Positions 51,440 through 60,332 of a stretch of 64,000 nt of DNA are shown piece by piece. The DNA is taken from positions 160,001 to 224,000 of the forward strand of contig CAVSIV010000002.1 of NCBI GenBank assembly GCA_963728205.1, read 5' to 3'. Each line of letters starts with the position of its first letter. The first letter of the stretch is position 1. A model generated the notes under the pieces. The model saw only the letters and a program-made list of their open reading frames with translations, made no database searches and was not told where the DNA came from. The position numbers and the translations under genes were made by a program. Source of the stretch: an uncultured Chloroflexia bacterium. GTDB lineage: Bacteria; Chloroflexota; Dehalococcoidia; UBA2979.

Positions 51440-53230
51440 CTAGCTGTTGAGCCAGCGGAGCGGCAGCTCCTCCGTGCCCTGGCCGTAGCCACGCGTCTGG
51501 AGGACGCCGCGCACCTGCGACTGGTACGCGGTCCAGGCGGTACCGGCTCCGGCCTGGCTGGGCACGTAGTACATGTGCGAGTCGCTGATCTGCTGGATCT
51601 GGTCGATGTAGCCCTTGCGCTTGGTCTCGTCCAGCTCGGCCTGCTGCTTGCCTATCAGATCCGTGATCTGCGGGTCCTTCACCTTCCCGTGGTTCGCCGG
51701 GTCGTCGCCGAAGAGCCGCGGGAAGTAGCCGGAGACCTCGGGGAACGGCGTCTCGTAGCCGAAGGCCACGCCGTGGAAGTCGCCCACGAAGGTGTGCGTG
51801 ATGTACTTCGACGAGTAGTCCTCGGAGACGGTGTTCGGCTTGAGGCCGATCTCGGCGATGTAGTTGCCGATGGCTTCCGCGATGCTCGTGAAGGTGCTGC
51901 CGTAGACGGTCGGCGAGTAGTGGTAGTCGAACTGCGCGCCGTCGAAGCCGCCGGCGGAGAGCAGCTTCTTTGCATCGTCCGGTGTGTACTTGAAGTACTT
52001 CGCGCTGTCGCCCTGCTCCGCGGACTTGGGGTCGAGCCACCACCGCGCGAAGCCGGCCGGGATGACGTTGTTCCACGTCGTTGCGGGGCTGAGACCCGCG
52101 CCCTGCAGCTTCTTCACGTCGTAGCCGAGGTCGAGCAGGGCGTCGCGGTCCTGCGCCATGGAGATGGCCTGGCGGAAGCGCTCATCGCGCCACGGCGCCT
52201 TCGGATCCTGCGCCTCCGGCGAGAAGTAGAGGAACGAGAGCAGCGCCGACTGCGTGCCCAGCCACTGCAGGTTCTTCTGGTTCCCGCGCAGCTGGAGGAC
52301 GTCGTTGGCGTTGATGCCGGCCTCGTCGAGGTTGCCCGCCTGCAGCTGCGCGAGGCGGTTGGCGTACTCGGGGATGATCGCGACATCGACGCCGTCGGTG
52401 TACGGCAGGCCCTTCACGACCCAGTCCGGGTTCTTCGAGTACTTGAAGGACTGGGACGGGGAATAGTTCTCCATGACCCACGGCCCGGTGCCGATCATCT
52501 GCTGCTTCGGGTCGAAGCCGCCGTCGGCCTCCTTCGGCATGACGAACAGCTTGTTGGTGTCGGCGAGGTCGTCGAGGAAGTCGGCGCTCGGGGCGTCGAG
52601 GGTGAACTTCAGCGTGTAGTCGTCCACGGCCTCGACCTTGTTCCAGCCGGCGGACTTCACGAGCGAGGCGCCCGGGGAGTCGGGGCCGGAGAGGCGCTGC
52701 CACGAGAAGAGGACGTCGGCCGACGTCATCTCGCGGCCGTTCACCGGGGCCTTGTTGTGGAACTTGACGCCCTGTTTGAGCTTGACGGTCCAGTGCTGGC
52801 CGTCGGTGGACTCGGCGCTCTCGGCGACGTCCGGCTCGACGCCGACGGCCCACGGGTTCGCGCCGGCGCGGGCCGCGACCTTGTAGAGGCGGCTGTAGCT
52901 GAAGGCGGCTGCGCCCTTGGTGAGGAAGCTCAGGTTGCCGTACGGGTCGATGGTCGGCGGGTCGTTGGTGATGACGTACTTGTAGGTGCCGCCGGTCTTC
53001 GCCTGCGCGGCGGCCGCGGTCCCACTGGCACCCGGCGTCGCGCTACCGCCGGCCGTGGATCCGCTCGCGGGTGTGGCGGTGGCGTTGGTGCTGCTGCCGC
53101 AGCCGATGAGCGCTGCTCCGGCGAGGCCGGCCCCCGCGACGCCCGAGCTGCGCAGCAGGCTGCGGCGACTGATCGTGTTCGAACGCAGGCGCGCCCAGTA
53201 CGACGAGCGCTCCGATCCGAGATCTGACAT
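51440..53230 (-). CDS. ABC transporter family-5 solute-binding lipoprotein, Tat signal (paralog 3)
   Basis: ATG 53230 (MSDLGSER), SRRSLL, LIGC, same family-5 motifs. Confidence 0.92.
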   Translation of the reverse strand: MSDLGSERSSYWARLRSNTISRRSLLRSSGVAGAGLAGAALIGCGSSTNATATPASGSTAGGSATPGASGTAAAAQAKTGGTYKYVITNDPPTIDPYGNLSFLTKGAAAFSYSRLYKVAARAGANPWAVGVEPDVAESAESTDGQHWTVKLKQGVKFHNKAPVNGREMTSADVLFSWQRLSGPDSPGASLVKSAGWNKVEAVDDYTLKFTLDAPSADFLDDLADTNKLFVMPKEADGGFDPKQQMIGTGPWVMENYSPSQSFKYSKNPDWVVKGLPYTDGVDVAIIPEYANRLAQLQAGNLDEAGINANDVLQLRGNQKNLQWLGTQSALLSFLYFSPEAQDPKAPWRDERFRQAISMAQDRDALLDLGYDVKKLQGAGLSPATTWNNVIPAGFARWWLDPKSAEQGDSAKYFKYTPDDAKKLLSAGGFDGAQFDYHYSPTVYGSTFTSIAEAIGNYIAEIGLKPNTVSEDYSSKYITHTFVGDFHGVAFGYETPFPEVSGYFPRLFGDDPANHGKVKDPQITDLIGKQQAELDETKRKGYIDQIQQISDSHMYYVPSQAGAGTAWTAYQSQVRGVLQTRGYGQGTEELPLRWLNS

Positions 53231-53462
53231 GCGTATCCCTTTCCCTCTGGTTGCCCCGGCGTCCGTGTGGGCTACACGGTTCCCGAGGCGGGGTGCGAAT
53301 CCAATTCTCGGCGCCAATTCTCCGTGTGAATACGACGTCGTTCAATATCTGACGCGAAATATCGCATCACGACATTCAGTATATCTCTCGATATCTCTTG
53401 TGATTTTGCTGCAATGAATCACGGCTGCAATTACTGCAGCAGGGTGCGGGGAGAGCGTGCGG

Positions 53463-53969
53463 CTATGGTGCCGCGCCGTCCCATCGCTCCCAGTGCACGA
53501 GCGTGTCGAACGGCAGCCGGCGGTCGCCGCGCCCCTTCGCACGCCCGCCGCCGGGGTAGCCGAACGTGAGCGCCATCGCGACGACGGTGTTCGGCGGGGA
53601 GCCGAGCACTTCGCGCGCGCGGTCGTCGTGCTGGATGCCGACGGGGCAGCTCGCGATGCCGAGCGCCTGCGCGGCGATCATCATGTTCTGCGCTGCGCGG
53701 CCGGCGTCGAAGGCGCGGCTGCCCTCGTAGCGCACGATCGCGATGACGAGCGGGCTCGCCGGGAGATGCGTCGTGAAGTCGCCGCAGCTCGCGAGCGCGC
53801 GCTTTTGCTCCGGATCGCGGATCACGACGAAGCGGAGCGGCTGCTCGTTCTTCGAGCTGCCGGCCATGCGCCCGGCCTGGAGCAGCTGCCGGACGACGGC
53901 ATCCGGGATCGGTCGGTCGTCGTAGTCGCGGGTATCCCGCTTCGCGAGGATCGCGTCGTAGGCGTCCAT
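53463..53969 (-). CDS. Nitroreductase-family protein
   Basis: MDAYDAILAKRDTRDY, SSKNEQP, DAGRAAQNMM, LTFGYP; GGAGG RBS. Confidence 0.88.
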   Translation of the reverse strand: MDAYDAILAKRDTRDYDDRPIPDAVVRQLLQAGRMAGSSKNEQPLRFVVIRDPEQKRALASCGDFTTHLPASPLVIAIVRYEGSRAFDAGRAAQNMMIAAQALGIASCPVGIQHDDRAREVLGSPPNTVVAMALTFGYPGGGRAKGRGDRRLPFDTLVHWERWDGAAP

Positions 53970-54287
53970 GGGTGCCTCCGCTCGCTGGGCCGGCGGGTGC
54001 CGGTGGGTGCCGGTGGTGGTGCGTCGCGGGCTCGCCGCCATGACGAGTATGCCGTGCCCATCGCGCGTCCGCAGACCCCCGCAGCGCCCGCGGGCGAACA
54101 CGCGCGCGGTGCGGCCACTCTCAACGGCTTTGCGATGTTGCCGCGCATTGATCGTTCGATAGCTGACACGATCGCGCCGATACACTCGAAGTGTCTCCAC
54201 TGCGCGTGGGCGGCGCCGCCCTGCGGTCCGGTCACCGGCACGGGAGACATGGCGGTCTGGACGGACCGCCCGGCCCGGGGAGGCGGC

Positions 54288-55004
54288 GTGACAGCACTCA
54301 TTTCCGAACACACCCTCGCGGACAACGCGCTCCTCCACGGACTACCGGACGCGGAGCGGCAAGCGATCCGCGGGATCGTGCAGCCCATGCCACTGCACAC
54401 CGGGGATGTGGTCTTCGAGGAAGACGAGGAGATCGACGAGCTGCTGTTCCCGGTGCGCGGGGTGATCTCCGTCGTGACCGTGACGATGACGGGCGGCTCG
54501 ATCGAGGCGGCGCTCGCGGGCCGCGAGGGCGCGGTCGGCGTGGCGGCGCTGCTCGGGCACGCGTGCTCGCCGTGGCGCGGGCTGGTGCAGGCGCCGGGCG
54601 AGGCGCTGCGCGTGCCGGTCTCGCCGCTGATCGAGGAGGGCGGCAGTCTCCCAGTCCTGAGACAGCGGCTCCTGCGCTACGCGGGCGCGCTGTTGCAGGC
54701 GACGGCGCAGGCCGTCGCCTGCAACCGGTTTCACCACCTCGAGGAGCGAGCGGCGCGCTGGCTGCTGTCGATGTTCGACTCCGCCGAAGGCGATGAGATC
54801 CCGCTGACGCACGAATTCCTGTCGCTGATGCTCGGCGTGCACCGCCCGAGCGTGACGGTCGCGCTACGCGTGCTCGAGCGGGCGGGCGCAATCGAGCTGC
54901 ACCGTCGCAGCATCGTGCTGCACGACCGCGCGACGCTCGCGGCCGGCGCCTGCGAGTGCTACGCGCGCATCCGCAGCTTCTCGCGCGCGGTCATCCCGGA
55001 CTGA
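54288..55004 (+). CDS. Crp/Fnr-family transcriptional regulator
   Basis: cNMP-like domain (FPVRGVIS, GREG), ACNRFHHLEERAARWLL, HTH LTHEFLSLMLGVHRPSVT, C-terminal ACECY; GGGAGG RBS before GTG. Confidence 0.92.
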   Translation: MTALISEHTLADNALLHGLPDAERQAIRGIVQPMPLHTGDVVFEEDEEIDELLFPVRGVISVVTVTMTGGSIEAALAGREGAVGVAALLGHACSPWRGLVQAPGEALRVPVSPLIEEGGSLPVLRQRLLRYAGALLQATAQAVACNRFHHLEERAARWLLSMFDSAEGDEIPLTHEFLSLMLGVHRPSVTVALRVLERAGAIELHRRSIVLHDRATLAAGACECYARIRSFSRAVIPD

Positions 55005-55068
55005 TCGCCCCGCCCGCGACGGGGCGATCGACGCAGGCCCGCGTGAGGTGCCCGCGAGCCCCGCCCGA

Positions 55069-55272
55069 TCAGCGTTCCCGCTGCCGCTGCTCCAGCCAGA
55101 GCTGCTCGGCGCGCGCGGCGTCTCGCTTGCGGCGCGCATAGCAGTCGGGACAGAGGTACGTGTGCTCGTCCCGAACGGTCGCCGGCATGCGGCCACAGGC
55201 CGCGCAGCGCGAGCCATCTCCGGGCGGCTCGAACGGACCGCCGGGATCCGGGAGGGAACGCGTCCCCGCCAT
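55069..55272 (-). CDS. Small putative zinc-finger protein
   Basis: 67 aa with CAAC...CPDC; strong RBS AAGGAGG. Confidence 0.6.
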   Translation of the reverse strand: MAGTRSLPDPGGPFEPPGDGSRCAACGRMPATVRDEHTYLCPDCYARRKRDAARAEQLWLEQRQRER

Positions 55273-55497
55273 CGCGGTGTCCTCCTTCGGTCTCTGCCGG
55301 TCGGGTGCGCAGCGGCGTGTGGGGACCGTATGGGCTGCGCCGACGCATGTCGGTCATTGACCGGACGGTGTACGGATCGTTGCAGAGTCGTCGCTTGACG
55401 CCGGTGTTCACCTGAAAAGGGGAGCGTGCTTCGCCTCCGCCCGTGCGCCGGGCGCAGGCGGGAGGTGACGCCCCGAGATCGGGGGACCAGCCGCGAG

Positions 55498-55971
55498 ATG
55501 TCCGACGGACCGCTCTGGCCGCTCGTCGTCTACTTCGCCCTCGCGCTGGTCGTGGCGGGCGGCATGCTCGGACTGTCGTACATCCTCGGCGAACGCCATC
55601 ACGCCCCCGCGATGGGCGACCCATACGAATCCGGCATGGAGCCGACGGGATGGGCCGGCGGCCGATTCGACGTCCGGTTCTACGTGATCGCGATGGCCTT
55701 TGTGATCTTCGACCTCGAGTCGATGTTCGTCTTCGCCTGGGCGGTCGCGCTGCGCCGCGCAGGCTGGTCCGCCTACCTCGAGATGACCGTGTTCATCGCG
55801 GTGCTCCTGGTCACGCTTGTCTACCTGCTGCGGGTCGGCGCGTTCGACTGGGGGCGTAACCGCCAGCGCGGGCGCGGTACGCCACTTGCGATCGCGCGCG
55901 ATCCCGGGGCGGGGGATGTCGGGCCACAGGGTGGGCCCGCAGGCCGACCGGCGCCGGAACCGCAGCAGTGA
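55498..55971 (+). CDS. nuoA: NADH-quinone oxidoreductase subunit A
   Basis: PYESG, FYVIAMAFVIFDLE, GAFDW. Confidence 0.95.
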   Translation: MSDGPLWPLVVYFALALVVAGGMLGLSYILGERHHAPAMGDPYESGMEPTGWAGGRFDVRFYVIAMAFVIFDLESMFVFAWAVALRRAGWSAYLEMTVFIAVLLVTLVYLLRVGAFDWGRNRQRGRGTPLAIARDPGAGDVGPQGGPAGRPAPEPQQ

Positions 55972-55983
55972 GGAGCGACGCCC

Positions 55984-56655
55984 ATGCAGACCCGGCTGAC
56001 CCGCCCCGGAGAGTGGCCGCCGCCCGCGACGAGTGAGCCGTCGCCGACGGGTGCGACCGGCGACGCCGTCGGCCCGCCCGACGGCGTGCTGGGCAGGGTG
56101 CTCGCGCTCGCGCGCCTGCAGGACCTCGTGGCGTGGGGCCGCAAGAACTCGCTGTGGCCGTTCAACTTCGGACTCTCCTGCTGCTTCGTCGAGATGGCGA
56201 CCAGCATCACCAGCAAGTACGACATCGCGCGCTTCGGCTCGGAGGTGATTCGCGGCACGCCGCGCGAGGCCGACGTGATGGTGATCGCCGGGACGGTGTT
56301 CCGGAAGATGGCGCCGGTCATCATGCGGCTGCACGACCAGATGATGGAGCCGCGCTGGGTCGTCTCGATGGGCTCGTGCGCCAACTCCGGCGGCATGTAC
56401 GACATCTACTCGGTGGTGCAGGGGGTCGACAGCTTCCTCCCGGTCGACGTCTACGTGCCCGGCTGCCCGCCGCGGCCGGACGCCTTCATGCAGGGGCTGC
56501 TGCTGCTGCGCGAGGCCGTGGGCACGGACCGGCGGCCGCTGTCGTGGATGGCCGGCCCGCAGGGGGTGGAGCGTGTGCCGCGCCGCTCGCAGCGCGAGCT
56601 TCGCCACGACGAGCACGTGCACGTGACGAACCTGCGGACGCCCGATCATGTCTGA
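55984..56655 (+). CDS. nuoB: NADH-quinone oxidoreductase subunit B
   Basis: [28 protein letters not shown]. Confidence 0.97.
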   Translation: MQTRLTRPGEWPPPATSEPSPTGATGDAVGPPDGVLGRVLALARLQDLVAWGRKNSLWPFNFGLSCCFVEMATSITSKYDIARFGSEVIRGTPREADVMVIAGTVFRKMAPVIMRLHDQMMEPRWVVSMGSCANSGGMYDIYSVVQGVDSFLPVDVYVPGCPPRPDAFMQGLLLLREAVGTDRRPLSWMAGPQGVERVPRRSQRELRHDEHVHVTNLRTPDHV

Positions 56656-56699
56656 GCGCATCGGAGTGGCGCGCCGGGCGGCGGCGGCGGGCTGCCCGT

Positions 56700-56727
56700 C
56701 GCGTCGGCGGCATGCTGCCGCCGCTTG
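56700..56727. repeat. Palindromic element, second copy of 36785-36813
   Basis: CGCGTCGGCGGCATG-CTGCCGCCGCTTG is identical to 36785-36813 apart from one missing T. Confidence 0.75.
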
Positions 56728-56757
56728 CCGCGATGCCGGGGTTGCGAGCGCGGCGCG

Positions 56758-58560
56758 ATGACGTCGAGCCAGGCGCGCGGCGCGAGCCCCACCGCCCCCG
56801 AGGCGGCGCTCGACCCGGTGACATCGCCGGTGTTCACCGACCTGCGCATGCGCTTCGGCGACGACGTCGCGCGGCCGCAGCCCTCGAGCGGCGACGCGCC
56901 GGTGCTGTGGGTGGCGAAGGAGCGCGCCGGCGAGGTGCTGCGGTACCTCAAGCGCGAGGCCGCGCGGCCGTTCGAGATGCTGTTCGACCTCACGGCGATC
57001 GACGAGCGCACCCGCCAGCACCGCGACGGCCAGCCGCCGAGCGACTTCACCGTCGTCTACCACCTGCTCTCGCTGGACCGCGCGGAGGACGTGCGCCTGA
57101 AGGTGCCGCTGACGGGCGACGCGCCGTCGCTGCCGACGGTGACCGACCTCTGGCCGAACGCGAACTGGTACGAGCGCGAGGCGTGGGACCTGTTCGGGGT
57201 GCGCTTCGACGGCCATCCGCACCTCGCACGGCTGCTGATGCCGGAGTTCTGGGAGGGCCACCCGCTACGCAAGGACCACCCCGCCCGCGCTACGGAGCTG
57301 GGCCCGCTGTCGCTGCGCGAGGAGCAGGCGGCGGTCGAGCAGCGCGAGGCGCAGTTCCGGCCGGAGGACTGGGGGCTGGCGCGCCGCAGTGGCGACACCG
57401 ACTTCATGTTCCTCAACGTCGGCCCGCAACATCCCGGCACGCACGGCGTGCTGCGCGTGGTGCTGCAGCTCGACGGCGAGACGATCGTCGATGCGGTGCC
57501 GGAGATCGGCTACCACCACCGCGGCGCGGAGAAGATGGGCGAGCGCCAGTCCTGGCACACGTACATCCCGTACACGGACCGCGTCGACTACCTCGGCGGG
57601 GTGATGAACAACCTGCCGTACCTGCTGTCCGTGGAACGCATGGCCGGCATCGCGGTGCCGCCGCGCGCCCGCGTGATCCGCGTGATGCTGTGCGAGCTGT
57701 TTCGCATCGCCAGCCACCTGGTGTGGTACGGGACGTTCGCGCAGGACGTCGGCTACCTGTCGCCGGTCTTCTACACGTTCACCGACCGCGAGCGGATCCT
57801 CGAGATCATCGAGGCGATCTGCGGCGCGCGCATGCACCCCAACTGGTTCCGCATCGGCGGCGTGGCGCAGGACCTGCCTGAGGGCTGGGAGCGCCTCGTG
57901 GGCGAGTTCCTGCGCGACTTCCCGGCGCGGCTCGACGAGTACGACCGCATCGTGATGCGCAACCGCGTCTTCCAGTGGCGCACGAAGGACGTCGGCGCGG
58001 TCAGCCTCGAGGAGGCGATCGACTGGGGCTTCACCGGGCCGATGCTGCGCGCGTGCGGCCTGGAGTGGGACGTGCGCAAGCGCCGGCCGTACGCCGGCTA
58101 CGACGAGTTCGAGTTCGACATCCCGACCGCCGAGGACGGCGACTGCTACGCGCGCTCGGTGGTGCGCGTCGAGGAGATGCGGCAGAGCCTGCGCATCATC
58201 CAGCAGTGCCTCGACCACATGCCGTCCGGTCCGTACAAGGCCGACCACCCGCTCGCCACGCCGCCGCTCAAGGACCGCACGATGCACGACATCGAGACGC
58301 TGATCACGCACTTCCTCAGCGTCTCGTGGGGCCCGGTGATCCCGCCCGACGAGGCCGAGGTGCTGGTCGAGGCGACGAAGGGGGTGAACAGCTACTACCT
58401 CGTGAGCGACGGCAGCACGCTGCCGTACCGCGTGCGCATCCGCGCGCCGTCGTTCCCGCACATCCAGGCCGTGCCGCTGATGGCGCGCGGCGGGATGATC
58501 CCGGACCTGCTCGCGATCCTCGGCAGCATCGATTTCGTGCTCGCGGACGTGGACCGCTGA
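56758..58560 (+). CDS. nuoC: NADH-quinone oxidoreductase fused subunit C/D
   Basis: NuoC motifs [13 protein letters not shown] and GHPLRKD fused to NuoD motifs [31 protein letters not shown]. Confidence 0.96.
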   Translation: MTSSQARGASPTAPEAALDPVTSPVFTDLRMRFGDDVARPQPSSGDAPVLWVAKERAGEVLRYLKREAARPFEMLFDLTAIDERTRQHRDGQPPSDFTVVYHLLSLDRAEDVRLKVPLTGDAPSLPTVTDLWPNANWYEREAWDLFGVRFDGHPHLARLLMPEFWEGHPLRKDHPARATELGPLSLREEQAAVEQREAQFRPEDWGLARRSGDTDFMFLNVGPQHPGTHGVLRVVLQLDGETIVDAVPEIGYHHRGAEKMGERQSWHTYIPYTDRVDYLGGVMNNLPYLLSVERMAGIAVPPRARVIRVMLCELFRIASHLVWYGTFAQDVGYLSPVFYTFTDRERILEIIEAICGARMHPNWFRIGGVAQDLPEGWERLVGEFLRDFPARLDEYDRIVMRNRVFQWRTKDVGAVSLEEAIDWGFTGPMLRACGLEWDVRKRRPYAGYDEFEFDIPTAEDGDCYARSVVRVEEMRQSLRIIQQCLDHMPSGPYKADHPLATPPLKDRTMHDIETLITHFLSVSWGPVIPPDEAEVLVEATKGVNSYYLVSDGSTLPYRVRIRAPSFPHIQAVPLMARGGMIPDLLAILGSIDFVLADVDR

Positions 58561-58561
58561 C

Positions 58562-59029
58562 GTGCTGACCGCCGACGAGCGTCGCGAGATCGAGGAGGAG
58601 ATCGCCGCGCTACCCGCGGCGGCAGTCGGGGACGATCGAGGCGATGCGCATCGTGCAGCGCCACCGCGGCTGGGTGTCCGACGAGGCGCTCGCGGACATC
58701 GCCGAGCTGCTCGAGATTCCGCTCGCCGAGCTCGACGGCATCGCGACCTTCTACAACCTGATCTACCGCCGGCCGGTCGGCCGCCACGTGCATCCTGCTG
58801 TGCGACAGCATCTAGCTGCTGGGTGATGGGCTATTCCGCCGTCCGCGCGGCGATCCGCGATGCCCTCGGCGTCGACCTCGGCGGCACCACCGGCGACGAC
58901 CGCTTCACGTTCCTGCCCAGCGTGTGCCTCGGCGACTGCAACCACGCGCCGGTGCTGATGGTCGACGAGGACCTGCACCGCGACGTGAGGCCCGACGGCG
59001 TGGGCGCGGTGCTGGAGCGCTACGAGTGA
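58562..59029 (+). CDS. nuoE: NADH-quinone oxidoreductase subunit E (internal frameshifts)
   Basis: VQRHRGWVSD, ATFYNLIYRRPVGRH, CDS..CW, CLGDCNHAP reconstructed across frames. Confidence 0.9.
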   Translation: MLTADERREIEEEIAALPAAAVGDDRGDAHRAAPPRLGVRRGARGHRRAARDSARRARRHRDLLQPDLPPAGRPPRASCCATASSCWVMGYSAVRAAIRDALGVDLGGTTGDDRFTFLPSVCLGDCNHAPVLMVDEDLHRDVRPDGVGAVLERYE

Positions 59030-59042
59030 GGGGCGAGGGCTG

Positions 59043-60332
59043 ATGGCGCTCGACGACCGTCCGCTGACCGGGCGCATGCGGCCCGACGGCGCGCCGCTGT
59101 TCATCGACGACTACGAGGCGGCCGGCGGCTACCGGGCGCTGCGCAAGGCGCTCGGCACGATGACGCCGCGGGAGGTGCTCGACACCGTGAAGGCGTCGAA
59201 CCTGCGCGGCCGCGGCGGCGCGGGATTCCCGGCCGGCATGAAGTGGAGCTTCGTGCCGATGGGCGACGACGCGCCGCACCCGAAGTACCTGGTCGCCAAC
59301 GCCGACGAGATGGAGCCGGGCACGTTCAAGGACCGCCTGCTGATGGAGCAGGACCCGCACCAGCTGATCGAGGGGATGATCATCGCGGCCTACGCGATCC
59401 AGGCGGACGTCGCCTACGTCTTCCTGCGCTGGGCGTACCGCGTCGCGGCGCAGCGGCTGGAGCGCGCGATCGCGGAGGCGTACGAGCGCGGCTACCTCGG
59501 TCGCGACGTCCTCGGGTCGGGCTGGGGGCTCGACCTCCACCTGCACATCAGCGCCGGCCGCTACATGTGCGGCGAGGAGACGGGGCTGCTCAACGCGCTC
59601 GAGGGCAAGCGCGCGAACCCGCGGGCGAAGCCGCCGTTCCCGCAGGCGAGCGGCGCGTGGGGCAAGCCGACGGTCGTTAACAACGTCGAGACGCTGTGCA
59701 ACGTGCCGCACATCATCGAGCGCGGCGCCGACTGGTTCCTCACGCTCAGCCACACCGGCGACGGCGGCACGAAGCTCTACGGCGCGAGCGGCCACGTGAA
59801 GCGACCCGGGGTGTGGGAGCTGCCGCTGGGCACGCCGCTCGGCGAGCTGCTGCACGAGCACGCGGGCGGGATGCAGGACGGCTACCGGTTCCGCGGCCTC
59901 CTGCCCGGCGGGGCGTCGACCGACTTCCTCACGGCCGATCACTTCGACCTGCTGATGGACTTCGACTCGCCGCCGAAGGCGGGAAGCCGGCTGGGCACCG
60001 GCACGATGATCGTGCTCGACGACCGCACCTGCCCGGTCGGCTTCACCGAGAACCTGATGCACTTCTTCGCGCAGGAGTCGTGCGGCTGGTGCACGCCGTG
60101 CTGGGCGGGGCTGCGCTGGGTCGACGAGATCCTGGTGCGCATGGAGGCCGGTCGCGGCATCCCCGACGACATGAACCGGCTGCGTCAGCACGCCGGCCTG
60201 CTCACGCCGGGCAATACCTACTGCGCGCTCGCGCCCGGCGCGCAGGAGCCGCTGCAGAGCGCGCTCAAGTACTTCGAGGAGGACTTCGAGCGCCACATCC
60301 GCGAGCACGCCTGTCCGTGGGGGGAGCGCTGA
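59043..60332 (+). CDS. nuoF: NADH-quinone oxidoreductase subunit F
   Basis: GRGGAGF, ADEMEPGTFKDR, YMCGEET, ESCGWCTPC. Confidence 0.97.
   Translation: MALDDRPLTGRMRPDGAPLFIDDYEAAGGYRALRKALGTMTPREVLDTVKASNLRGRGGAGFPAGMKWSFVPMGDDAPHPKYLVANADEMEPGTFKDRLLMEQDPHQLIEGMIIAAYAIQADVAYVFLRWAYRVAAQRLERAIAEAYERGYLGRDVLGSGWGLDLHLHISAGRYMCGEETGLLNALEGKRANPRAKPPFPQASGAWGKPTVVNNVETLCNVPHIIERGADWFLTLSHTGDGGTKLYGASGHVKRPGVWELPLGTPLGELLHEHAGGMQDGYRFRGLLPGGASTDFLTADHFDLLMDFDSPPKAGSRLGTGTMIVLDDRTCPVGFTENLMHFFAQESCGWCTPCWAGLRWVDEILVRMEAGRGIPDDMNRLRQHAGLLTPGNTYCALAPGAQEPLQSALKYFEEDFERHIREHACPWGER

Noticed and set aside
47269-53230. Diversity-generating retroelement acting on the binding-protein repeats
   Set aside because: No reverse transcriptase or template repeat; differences are spread along whole genes and are not adenine-specific.
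54148-54161. FNR box upstream of the Crp/Fnr gene
   Set aside because: Only the TTGAT half-site is present; the second half does not match ATCAA.
58805-58825. In-frame TAG in nuoE as pyrrolysine or readthrough
   Set aside because: Removing one T restores ATC-AGC-TGC-TGG (CDSISCW), so an indel explains it.
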